Assembly (NCBI GenBank): GCA_036630325.1
Contig: CP142736.1
Coordinates: 434,001-498,000 of the forward strand
DNA length: 64,000 nt
Source of the DNA: Vairimorpha necatrix
Taxonomy: Eukaryota
Direction: 5' to 3'
The position numbers and the translations under genes are program-made. Shown one piece after another: positions 37,571 to 49,605 of the stretch (the stretch's first letter is position 1; each line of letters opens with the position of its first letter). Below the pieces are notes generated by a model. It was not told the DNA's origin. It did not search any database and was given only the letters and a program-made list of their open reading frames with translations.

Positions 37571-37886
37571 TGTGGTATTATCTACCACATTATTTACTTT
37601 TATTTTATTTCATCTCCAAACGAATTTTCTAGAAAATATTTAACTTTATATATTTTCTCTTTATTTTAACCCTACAACAATACACGCAAAAAGGAGTAGA
37701 GGAACTAAGAATCTCCTGAACGGCCATGTGAAGTCACCAAGAGACTTACACTCTTACAAGAGGATTACAAATGACCCGCATGGGCATAACAATAAAAACT
37801 TATTAACTAAAACTAATTTAGTTGCAGGGAGAAGCATTCTTGAATGCTATTTACAATATGGCCATCTCTCTGGTGGAAACACCACA
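37571..37886 (+). repeat. Solo LTR (lineage A-like)
   Basis: TGTGGTATT...CACCACA with perfect TSD ATATG. Encodes AGRSILECYLQYGHL. Confidence 0.85.
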
Positions 37887-38576
37887 ATATGGTAGTTGTA
37901 CTGTTCATACATCAGAAATTTACCCGCATTATCATAGTAGGTAATCTCATATTTCTACGTTGTATTGTAAATTTTGTAAACATTTTTTATTTGTTTTTTA
38001 CAGGAAATTATTATAAAAAAATGTCTCATGTGGGTGTTTTATAATAGTGTAGTATTATTTACCACATTATTTTACTTTTAATTATTTTTCCTCAAATGAA
38101 TTTTCTAGAAAATATTTTACTATAAATATTTTCTTTTTATTTTACCCCATCCACTTTTAGAATGAAAGCAATAAGAGAAAACAAGGAGTCTCATAACGTA
38201 AACCAGGGGTCGGCAACGAAGCGCCCGTTTTCATTTTTCACCTTGAGAAGAAATTATAAAAATTTAATATTTCATTTTTTTAAATAAATTTGGTCAATTA
38301 CATTTTTAATGCTAAATATTGGGAGTACATTATAAGGAGTTGATGTACTTTTCGTTATGCAAAAAGATCTTTAAACAAAAATTTTCTTACATATGATGAT
38401 TATGACAATAAAATTATATATTATAATTATCAAGTTCTTTAAAATTTATTTTACAGTAATTATGCCATAAAACATGCTAATTCAACATTTAATAAATTTT
38501 AAAAATTTATAACAAAAAATTTTTGCCCCTTTATGGAACCTTCAAAAAAAAAAAAGAAATTATCAATTCAATAATT

Positions 38577-39660
38577 GGTTAAGTTCTCGACTTACCCCCC
38601 CTAAAAAAAATGAAAAAAAGGGGAAAAAATAAAAAAATAAATTATTTGACCCATAATGAGAATTAAAGAATTTAGAAAACTCATCTATAAAAAAAAAGAG
38701 TTAATGCAATTTTTAATTGCAAAAAAACATTTTGAGGGTCCCTATGTGCAATAAATGCAATATACCAATGACTCAAAATCGGACCAACACTGAAAACTAT
38801 CGTTGTTATTCAAGACGTGATGGTAAAAAATGTTCTAACAAAGGAACCATAATGAAACAAAGCGTTTTTAAGAACTCAAAATTGCCTATTGAGGATCTTT
38901 TAATATTGCTTTGCGAATATTTAAAGAGTTCAAGTAATTTGGCCGCCACGTTAGAACTTGATATAGGTAAATGTACGGTATTAAGATGGTTTACGCGTTT
39001 CAATAACGCCGTGTACGTCTGCTATTCACCATATATAAACAATCAAACGATTGGCGGCGTCGTTTGTATTGTTGAAATTGATGAAACTTTACTTGTAAAA
39101 AGTAAAAACCATGCGGGAGGGTTCTTCAATATCAAGTATGGGCAGTTGGAGGCGTTGTGAGAGGGGATGCGAATTCTTTTTTCTTTGAAATCGTAGAAAA
39201 TAGAACAAGAGCTACTCTTGTTGAATTAATCACAAGAAAAATTGCTCCGGGGACCACAATTGTGACAGATTGTTGGCGTGGATATAGTGATATTCAAACA
39301 ATCTGTGTAGAATATGAGTATCTACATTTGACTGTGAATCACAGCCAAAATTTTGTTGATAATATAACTGGTGCGCATACTCAGACTATAGAGGGAATGT
39401 AGTCGGTTCTTAAAAGAGAACTAAGAAAAAGCGGAACTAGTCATGGTACTATTATGAATCTTGTAAGAAAGATTTACATTAATAGATTCAAATTAATATA
39501 TCGTGAAAATCTATTAGATAAAATGTTAGAATTTTTTGAAATTTGTAATGTTAGTATTGTAGCATATGATATTATTTCTGAAATAGACTTTACAATTATG
39601 GAATAATTTTTTTTGTTTTTTTTAGGGGTAAGGGGGGGGGGTTAAGTCGAGAACTTAACC
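38577..39660 (+). mobile_element. Merlin transposon, decayed (related to the 466 and 56502 copies)
   Basis: TIR GGTTAAGTTCTCGACTTA. VEIDETL, VTDCW and HTQTIEG motifs. TSD not clear. Confidence 0.88.
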
Positions 39661-39827
39661 AATTTTTGTTATTTCTTCGAGATTTAATCGAAAACAAAAT
39701 ATAAAATCTTTTTAAAAGTAATTATGAAGAAATATGCTTTGCGTTCTAGTCAAAACAATGTCTATTAAATCTATATAAAACCATTAAAATTATTTTTCTT
39801 CGATTCTTTAATTACATAAGAAAACTC

Positions 39828-40940
39828 GGATCAGTGGGATTTTTCCCCCACTGGGGGAAAAAATCTTACTGTTATACATTTGGGGGAAAAAATCCTTTCA
39901 AAATTTTTTACTTTTACTTTTATTTTTTTAACCCCTTATTATGAGTTTAGATTCGTTCGAGACCGAGTTAGTTAGGATGAATGATCAGGAATTAGTTGAA
40001 TTTCTGATGTATTCTAACCTATTAGCTAGTGGCTTAACTTGCGAAATTTGCAATAATTTGTTAGTTAAAAAGAATTATTTCAAAATTAAGTGCCAAATTG
40101 CTTGGGTATGTATGAACGCTCGTTGCACTTGTTATAAAAAGCAGGTCTCTATTCGCAAGGGTAGCTTTTTTCAGGGGGTTTAATTTGACATTTATTACAA
40201 TAATAAAGGTATTAATTAAATGGTCAACCAACCAGACTCGGCACTCAATAATAGAGCAGATGCAAATTGACACCAAGAGTTATAAAAAAATTTTTTTAAA
40301 GTTCTTAGATTACTGTAGAAGGCTAGATAGTAGGCACGACAAATTGGGAGGGCCTGGCAAGGTCGTGCAAATCGACGAGACAATGTTAAACAACAAAGCC
40401 AAAAGTCACATGGGAAGGTCACCCTATAATAAAACAGATGCATTGTGTATTGTAGAACACGATACAATGATTACCCGAGCGTATGCTTGTGTAATCGAGA
40501 ATAAAAAGGCCTCGACAATAATACCCATTGTCCATGACAATGTATAAGAGGGAAGCATAATTTGGACAGATGAGCATAAATCTTATTGCAGTTTAGGTTC
40601 TCTAGGATATGTACACTCTTCAGTTTGCCACAAAAAAGAATTTGTAAACAAGGCGACAGGGACAAATACTCAAGCTGTTGAGTCCTTTAATAATGTTATA
40701 AAGTGTGAAATAAAAAAAGAAAAGGTGTCTTGACAAGCAAAAGGTCCGAGTTTTTGGAGGAAATAGTGTGGAAGTTTAACAATAGGAATGAACGCTTCTT
40801 AAAGATATTAACTCTATTAAAAATTAATTTATAATTTTTTTCTTTTTCTAATTTTGAAAATTTACAATTTAGGATTTTTTCCCCCAATGGGGGAAAAATT
40901 CCCACTGATACACGTTTGGAAGAAAAAATCCCACTGATCC
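39828..40940 (+). mobile_element. Merlin transposon, sister of 11727-12839
   Basis: GGATCAGTGGGATTTTT TIR, TSD GAAAACTC. Frameshift at ~40175 and stop at 40545. Confidence 0.93.
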
Positions 40941-43900
40941 GAAAACTCTTGTGAAAAATTTAATTGAAAAAAATTATAATAGTATTATTCGCTACGAAAT
41001 GTTTAAAAAAAAAAGATTTCCAGAGCATTTATTTTAATTTTCTTAAATATTTTTTTTTGAGCTTCAGCCCGTTTTTCGTTTTAAGATTTTGAACATTGCC
41101 CATTTCGAACTTTATTTCAAAAAGGTTGCCGACCCCTGACGCAAACAATAAAAATAATTATAATAATAATCAACATTATATTGCAGGGAGGAGCACATAG
41201 AGTGCTATTTACCAACAGGCCGCCTCTAAGCGGAAACACCACAAATGGAAACCATGATATACCAAATATAATAAAGGTAATTTTAAATCTTTCCCCCCGA
41301 TTTCGTCTAACTTATCCTCTAACGTTTATTTAAAGGTTTTATCCGGAGAGGAATGCGAAAAGATGGAAAGGAAAATTGAGAAACAAAAAAATCTTTAAAA
41401 TACTTTCCTCAGCAACAGATACCACAGAAACAAAGTTAACAAAGGAGTTTTGCAAGTATTAACACTTAAAAAAGAAATAGCAGATTTTTGTTATATTATC
41501 ATTAAAGATAATATAATTTTATATGTTAATAAATGTTTGCAATTTATCAATGGCATCTTTTTTGTATTTAATTTCAACATTCGCCAAAAACAATATAAAA
41601 TTGTTTATTATAAAAAAGGCAATATCAGCAAAACGAAGAAAAGCCACAAAAACTTCACCAATAGAGAAAAATCATCAATAAATTCGTTTCACGCGTTAGC
41701 ATACATAACGGCTGCTTGTAAGAGAAAATTTCGTTTCTATATGATACATCTTTAGTCATAATGTGATTAGAGACTCTCTTTCGCGGGCTTTATGGAAAAC
41801 GAAAACGCCTGGCTCAAGACATCATTTAAGAACACGACTCAGATCAGCTTAAAAAATACAGCATCATGCCCGGCCCTTTTCAGATCAAATATATTTATCA
41901 TGTAAGTTTTTTTGGAAGTAAATTAACACCTCTTTCCTCTATTTCTAGATTTTGTCGTTTTAAATCATTCATATTAATTATCCTGTTTTGTTATCTCTTT
42001 AAGTTTCTTATCAAATATAATTCTTCTAGAGACAACCATCTTGTCTAAGTAGTCTCTAATGCAACAGAGTTCTTTTATCTTATCTGGGTTGTTTCTTAAT
42101 CCGATTATATTACTGTGATTTTATGTCCAACATCTCAATTGGGCAAAAAAGGTTTACATGTCAAATATCAATGACCTGCCGTCAGGTCATACAAAAAAAA
42201 AAGAAACAAAACGAAATCATATATTTCGTAGTACAATTGTAAGTATCCAAAGTTTGTTGAAATGTTTGAATTCTTAAAAACGTCATGATAAAATATAAAA
42301 ATAACTTTACAAAAGAATTGTACGTGATGTTTAAAGAAGAAACAAAGAACAGGAAGGGCGAGTGTAGAAATAGGAAGAGCCCATACGCCCGTAGAAACGA
42401 GAACAACACTTTCATAAATAAAGCTACATAAACAATTATTCCAAATTTAGGAAAATTTCTGTGATGCAGGACATAATTAATATCGCGTTCCATAAGGCAT
42501 CACAAGAGCGAGAAAGTTCAACAAAAGAAGGGTTGACATTCAAATACACGATCGATGAAATCGATTTGGCGGTAGAAAAAAGAATCTTTTTTATAAGAGA
42601 CATAAAGGACTCTACAGAAGTTGAGTTAGACAAATGGTTTGAAGATTTCAAACAAGTTAGCTAAAACAAGAAATGGGATGATAAAAAGGAAAAATGGCTT
42701 GTATAGAGTTAATAAGAGATTCAAGTAAACAATCAATCTTTTCATTTACAGATTTAGAAAAAGTTTACCCCCCAAAACAAATCCAGAGTTATTAGCAACT
42801 AAGTTACAAAATTGCAAGCAATAAAAGTTTAGGTTTATAAAGCAATATATGAGTAGCCTAAAGGCTTTAATCGACCAATATACAATAATTGAATTTCTGT
42901 CTTAAGAGAATATGAAAGAGAGCATAGAAAGAGTTTCTTTGCAGGTTTATCATTCGAGACAAGAATGAAGGTGGTCGATTTAGAAAAAAAACACGATTGA
43001 AGAGGTTATACTGCATCTTGAAACGGCAGAAGAAAACATAATGTCCTGTATAGAAGGAACTTTGCTTTATTAAATAGAATTTTTTAAAATTTTTGTAAAA
43101 TTAATGTATAAATTGATGGTGTTCTTGCTTATTTGATATTCCATAACCTTTAAAGATAAACTTCTTTTTATATTTTATGTCTTTATTTATCATAATGGGG
43201 GATAGAAATTATACAAATATATCACATCCCCCCTCAAGACGGTTAGTCTCATCCAATTTCCACATCTACCCCAAGCATACTCTTCAGGTCAGCATGTCTC
43301 TTCTTCACAAGCCTACCATTACTAAGTTTTACAATATAAGAATCTTTTCCACACTTTTCAACAATTCCCCCCGTATCCAAAAATCTTCCTTTTTTATACT
43401 TTTTAACGTCATGACCTCCAGTCACGACTTTATGATTCTTATTTTATTTGTTTGTTTGTTTATTTTATTTGTTTGTTTATATATTTTTATTATAAATATT
43501 TGTTTTTGAAAGAAGGGTAAAAAGAATGAATATGAAGAACATCAAACACCAAGAAAACAGTTTTAAGAATAAAAAGAAATTTAATAAAAGTATTTTAGAA
43601 ATATATTTAAAAAATGGGGATCTAACCCCGGTTCACCACATTTTGAATATAAAGAGAAAAATTGACTTAAAAGACGAAAAGAAGAATGAAGATGACTATT
43701 TACAAGTCAAGATAAAAATAGAAGGAACTGACATGGAATTTAAAAAGAAAATTAAGATAATAAGGAATATCGAATCATGGGACCTTTTGGCATGGTTTAA
43801 AGAATATGAAGCTATAGTTGCCCAGAACAAATGGACGAGAGAACAGAGTATTGTAATTTTAAGAAATCTAATCGTGGACGACAAGGTAAATGACAAAACT

Positions 43901-46478
43901 TTTGTATTCGATGCCGCGACAACCAAGAAGAATTCAATAAAGAAGCTCTTCAGAGTAGGAGCCAAAGACGTATTGAATGAAGCATTTAGGTTAAGACAGA
44001 TCGACTTTGTCTACATCAAGGACTATTACGATGCAATTTATGAGAAGATTAACATCTACAGCTCATTTTATGAGACAGCAAAGACGGAATTTAATCGTCA
44101 TTTAAGTGAATGTTTTAATCAAGGACTAGGAAGAAATAGTCTTTTGAAATAACTAAGCAGAATCTAGAAGAAGCATACAAGTGCTTACAAAATATCGAAA
44201 ATTCAGTCAAAAGAAATTACAAACGAGAATCTGAGAGGGTTGTTCAAGACAAGCAGGAAGTAAAGAACGAAAACCATAACTTCGGCAGCCAAAGTACAAA
44301 CACCAGGTTCGGTGTATGGGGAATGGTGTACTATACACAAGAATACCACGTATGACGCTAAAGATTGTTACCACAATAACAATCCCAGATATAATGCAAA
44401 GAATGGAGACAGGAAACTAAAAGAAAACGGGAAAAGAGAGTTAACCGAGAATTTGAAAGTGGTAACCGAGCCACTTAACACTATAAATGGAATAGAACTG
44501 AATGGAATAATTAATGAAAGAAGAATTAAATTTTTATTAGAAACAAAAGCTTCAAGAAACTTTATAAGCACGAAGCAAGTAGAAGATTTGAAATTAAAAA
44601 CGACAGAAGACGTAGCTATAACAGCAAGATTTGCTAATGAAGACACGGAGATTTGCAACGAACCCGTATTATTAAGATAGGATTAGATGATTTATGTGAA
44701 GATAAGCTAGTGAAATTTTATGTTCTCACAAATAGGAATGAAGATATTATATAGGAAACGAATTTCTAATAAGAAATCAAATGATAATAAATTATAAGGA
44801 CGGAACAATAATGTCTGGAAGAAAGAAAATGACGTTTTTAGATACATCCAACCAATGTGAGTTGGATAAAATGCTTTTTGAGAAGATACATGTTTGTAAG
44901 GAAGAAGAAAATGATATAAATAAAGCTATTGAATATTATCAGTTTCACAATGAGCAATTTAAATGTATGAAATTAGACCATCCACAGAGGTTAATATAAA
45001 AAAAAAGAATTACAGTTCTACGAAGCAAAGCCCTATAGTATAGCTATAGCATACAAAGAAAGATTAATAAAAGAACTTAGGAGATTAGAAAAAGAAAAAA
45101 TAATAGAAAGATGCAATTCACGTTTTTCAAGCCCTGCGTTTGTGATAGAAAATAAAACCAAAGACTTAAGATTGGTAATCGGCTATCGATACATTAATGA
45201 CTATATAGTCGATGAAATTTATTATAAACCACAAAATACATGACAATCTACAGCTTTTATCATGCTGTCAGTACTATTCTAAGCTGGATCTAAAAAATAG
45301 ATTCAATCAAGTAGAGCTTGATGAGGAAAGCAGGACTATTACTGGTTTCCATATATTTGGAAAACATTACCAATACAGAAGAATACCCTTTGGGATAAAA
45401 TCGGGTCCGAAACTGTTTCAAAAGATAGTTTCAAGAATTCTAGAAGAGATAAAGAATGTATTCGTCTATATAGACGTAATCGTAATATATGGAAAAGATG
45501 GAAAGGAACACGACGCAACGTTATTAGAAGTTTTAAAAGCGTTAAACAAACATCAAGTCGGAATTGCTTTTGAAAAATCAAATTTTAAGAAAGAAGAAAT
45601 TGATATATTAAGATGTATAGTAAACAAAAAAGGTATTAAGGCAAACTTGAAGTATTTAGACAAGGAAATTTTTGTGAAGACACAGCGAACCAAAAAAGAA
45701 GTGCAAAGATTATTAAGTATAATAAATTGGTTTAGGACTTTCGTACCAAACATGAGTACTAAGCTCAACAAGGTTACTAAACTTTTAGGACATACGGAAA
45801 ATAAAAGGATTGAATGGAACAACGAACAGTAAAGAGAAATAGGGAATATTTTAAAGATTATTGAAGAAAATTTAGTTTTAAAGAAATCAGATTTTACAAA
45901 GAAATTTATTTTGCAGTGCGATGCAAGCGACTTTGGAATGAGATCAGTTTTACTACAAGAACACGGACTCATCGGATGCTATTCGAAGAAATTCATAAGT
46001 TCTGAAAGTAGCTATTCGATTGTTGAAAAAGAATTATTTGCGATTGTAAAATCATTAGAGCACTTTCGCAGTCAGATCCAAGGATATTATGTAAGAATAG
46101 AAACAGATAGTAAAAATTGTGTATTCATAAACAAGAAAATATCAAGTAGACTTGAGCGATGGAAAGTAATATTAAATGAATACAATTTTGAAATAATAAA
46201 TATTGAGGGAGAAAAGAATAATGTAGCAGACCACTTATCAAGATGCTACACTGAAAGTGAAGTAGCAGATCAAAAAGAAGAATTTAAAGAAAAAATTATA
46301 CAACATTTTGCTTGTAAAAATAAAGGAAATGAAAAACTTATTGTAAAAGATAAAAAAGAAAGAATTAAAATCGATCCTAACAAAGCGAAAGAATTTATTG
46401 AGTTTATTCATGAAGTTTCGGGCCATTGCGGTCAAGTAATTTTATACTTGAATTTGAAAAACTTGTAAATGTACCTAA

Positions 46479-49400
46479 TGTTATATTCTGTAATATTATT
46501 GACCCCAATTTATGACAAATAAAGACATGGCGAACACAAGAAACAAAAAGTCAGCAAGCGAGGACTGTGGTCAGGCGATCAGAACGATATGGAATGAGTT
46601 TAGTATTTTTATGTATGGATTGAGATTGGGAGATATTTATAGTTTGGGTTCAGAGGATTTGAGAAATTTTATGGTAGAATATGTGAGGAAGGAGGACAAA
46701 ATTGAGAAAATGGAGAAAATTTTAGAAGAGATGTATAGAGTAGAGGAAGAGCAGAGAGGAGAGAAAGAGATGTTGAAGGAGATGACGGAAAGAATCGTCA
46801 GAGAGGTAAGAGGAGAGATTGAACTTCAGAGGCGTTGGGCTGTGAGAAGAAGAGTTATAAGATGTTATGAGTGTCAGAGAATGGGACATAAGAGTGATAG
46901 ATGTTATTACAAATATAAAGGAAAAGAAAATAAAAAGGAGTGCAATGCAGTCTACGAAAATGATAGTAGCGCTAGTGAGCGGAGTGGATATAGGACGACA
47001 GCAGCCGTGAAGAGGCAAAAGAAGCCTACAAGTAGAGAACTTCCAAAAAGAAAAAATGAAGTTGAGGCAGCTGGAAGCGTTTTAGGACTTGAAGAACTGA
47101 AGACAAAATATAGGAAAGTGTTTAGTTTTGGAGACGAGGTTATAGAATATTGTACGATTGATAAATGTAAGATAAAAACACAAGAGGATGTTAAAGTAGT
47201 GAAGAAAGGACAGTGCATACCTCAAGCATTAATGAAGGATACTGAAAATTTTATTAAAGGACTGGAAAAGAGGAATGTAATAAGAAGGTCGAATTCGGAA
47301 TGGAGAAATCCAATAAGAGCGTTAAGAAAGCCAGATGGCGGAATAAGGCTAGTGAGTAATTTGATGGCCTCGAATGATTTGGTTGAAAAGGATCCTTATG
47401 AGTTAGTTAATATAAGAGACATAATTAGGAATACACAGGGTTCAAAATATTTTACGGTTATTGATTTAAAGTAAGGATTTTATAGTATTGAGATCGACGA
47501 GGCAGATAAACATAAAACTGCATTTGAATTAAATAAAAGGGTTTATGAGTGAATAGTATGGTTATGGGATACAAGAACTCCCCGCAGATTTTACAAAGAA
47601 TAATGAATAAATTGTTTGAGAGACACTTGGGAAAAGGAATAGAAGTGTATATGGATGATATTGTTATACATGCAGTGACGAGAGAGAAACACGATATATT
47701 GTTAGGAGAAGCACTTAGGAAGTTGAAAGATAATAAGATGAGGATTAATATTAATGAGGTACAGTTATGCTTGAAGGAGGTAAAGCTATTGGGGGTTACA
47801 CTGAATGCTTCTGAAATAACACCGTCTGAAATAAAACAAAATGAAGCGTTAGAATTCCCAGAGCCACAAAACGTGTCGGAAGTAAGGAGATTTTTAGGAT
47901 TGACAGGATGGTTTAGGGACTTTATAAAAAATTATGCGGATTTAACGGTACATTTGACCGACAGTTTGAAGGGTAAGAACGAATGGAAATGGACAGAAAA
48001 TATGAAAGATGAATTTGTTAAGTTGAAAGAAAAGGTTAAGACATTGGGAAAGTTGAAGATAGTTAATTATGAAAAGGAGTTTTTATTGAGAACCGATGCG
48101 TCAAACCTAGGAATGGGCGCGGTATTAATGCAAAAGAATGACGAAGAGGAGTGGGTGCCGGTACAGTGGGCTTCGAAAAAGTTTACTCCCACGGAATCAA
48201 GATACGGAATAAGCGAGAAAGAGATGTATGCGGTCTACTGGGGAATCAAAAAGTTCGAATATAAATTAAGAGGTCGTAAATTTAAAGTTGAAACAGACCA
48301 TAAAGCTTTGATAGAAATCAGGAGAAAGCCACAATTCGATAATAATAGGATTAATAGGTGGATAGAGAAGATTCAAGAGTTCGATTTTACAATTGAGTAC
48401 ATGAAGCCAGATATAATGGTAGTGGCCGATGCGTTAAGTAGAGCGCCTGTTGAAGAGACTGAGAAAGAAGAAATGATAAAGAAAAGAACAGTAAAACAAA
48501 TAGAAGGAAAAGAGAAGAAACATACAGTATATGAAGATGAAAAGGAATACTGGGTCTTTGATAGTGGTATAAGAGCAGAGATACCAAAGGAAGAAAATAG
48601 TGCAAAGTTAATAATGGAATATCACGAAAATGGAGGCCCTCGTAGTGTTGGAAGTGTTTATTATGCGATGAAGAACCTTTACTATTGGTTAGGGATGAAG
48701 TCGGAGATTTATAATGAGTTATTGAAGTGTGAAAGATGTCAAATTTATAATAGGAAGAAGTTGGGCGGATGTGATTTTATTAGTACCAGTAGATATTTAG
48801 AGAAAGTAGCTTTTGATTTGATTGAATTTCGCGACGAATGTAGGTACATTTTGATTGGTGTTGATTACCATACTAGATTGATTTGGGGAGTGAGCATAAA
48901 GGAAAAAAAGGCTCAGAATGTTGCTTGGTTTATAGATAGTTTATGTAGGAACGGAAAACGACCAGAGGAATTAATAAACGATAATGGCAAGGAATTTGTT
49001 AACGAGGATCTTAGGATATTATGTAGAAGATTAGATATTGCTCACAGGAAGATAAGCATAGAAAGCCACCGTAGTAATGGACGTGTAGAGAGAGTAATAG
49101 AAACATTGAGAGAAGCTATTTTGAAAATGAGAGGCGATGATTTTGACGATAAGGTTATGAGAGCGATTGATATGTATGATAATAGTTACCACAGTGGGTT
49201 AGATTGTACACCGAAAGAGGCAATTATGGATACTAGTGGAAAAGTTATGATAGAAAATGGTCCTGAAGGAAGATACAGTAAGAAGTTTGTTAATGGAAGA
49301 GAGAAAAGTTTTACAGGAATAAGAAAGTACGAGTAGCGAAAAAAGAAAATTTGAAGGGATGTAATAAATATGAAAAAAGACGATTTATGGAGGAGGGAAA

Positions 49401-49575
49401 AATTTACGCGATTTGTGGAGGTGATTCGTATATTGTACGATTGGAAACAGGACGGCTGGTGAAGAAAAGACATTATGATTTAAAGGGGGGTTGAGTAAGT
49501 ATGAGACTACCCGTCTTGGAGGGGGATGTTATATTCTGTAATATTATTGACACTAATTTATGACAAATAAAGACA
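46479..49575 (+). mobile_element. Mini Ty3/Gypsy, family B copy 2, uninterrupted (3097 bp)
   Basis: 49-bp LTRs at 46479-46527 and 49527-49575 (2 differences). TSD CCTAA, PBS-like TGGCGAACACAAG, PPT GGAGGGGGA. Confidence 0.95.
46512..49494 (+). pseudogene. Single ~990-aa mini-Gag-RT-RNaseH-IN polyprotein (stop at 47472, frameshifts at ~47550 and ~49290)
   Basis: The CYECQRMGHKSDRC knuckle is followed by a charged linker and then RT (SEWRNPIRAL, YMDD), RNase H (LRTDAS, EKEM) and IN (FDLI, NDNG, SNGRVER). Confidence 0.9.
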
Positions 49576-49605
49576 CCTAATATAAAAGGAATTATTGAAG
49601 AAGTA

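Larger units (their letters stand above)
38204..41138 (+). mobile_element. Non-autonomous, internally deleted hAT (Buster/Charlie-like) element
   Basis: TIR CAGGGGTCGGCAAC / GTTGCCGACCCCTG and 8-bp TSD ACGTAAAC/ACGCAAAC. About 0.7 kb of core sequence plus two nested Merlins. Confidence 0.8.
38048..41243 (+). repeat. Solo LTR (same family as 37571) split by a hAT insertion
   Basis: The halves 38048-38203 and 41147-41243 rejoin colinear with 37571-37886. TSD AATAG/AATGG. Confidence 0.8.

Noticed and set aside
37824-37886. Stand-alone ncRNA gene family
   Set aside because: All copies lie inside TG...CA LTRs (two with TSDs) and encode the Gag N-terminal motif. Kept only as a possible LTR RNA structure.
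39941-40547. Programmed frameshift in Merlin transposases
   Set aside because: The sister copy at 11727 is in frame at this site (4 G versus 5 G), and breaks in other copies fall at different places, so this is decay.
41250-42113. Short ORFs as genes (also 58300-61000 and 62000-63000)
   Set aside because: No motifs or consistent frame. I could not assign these regions.
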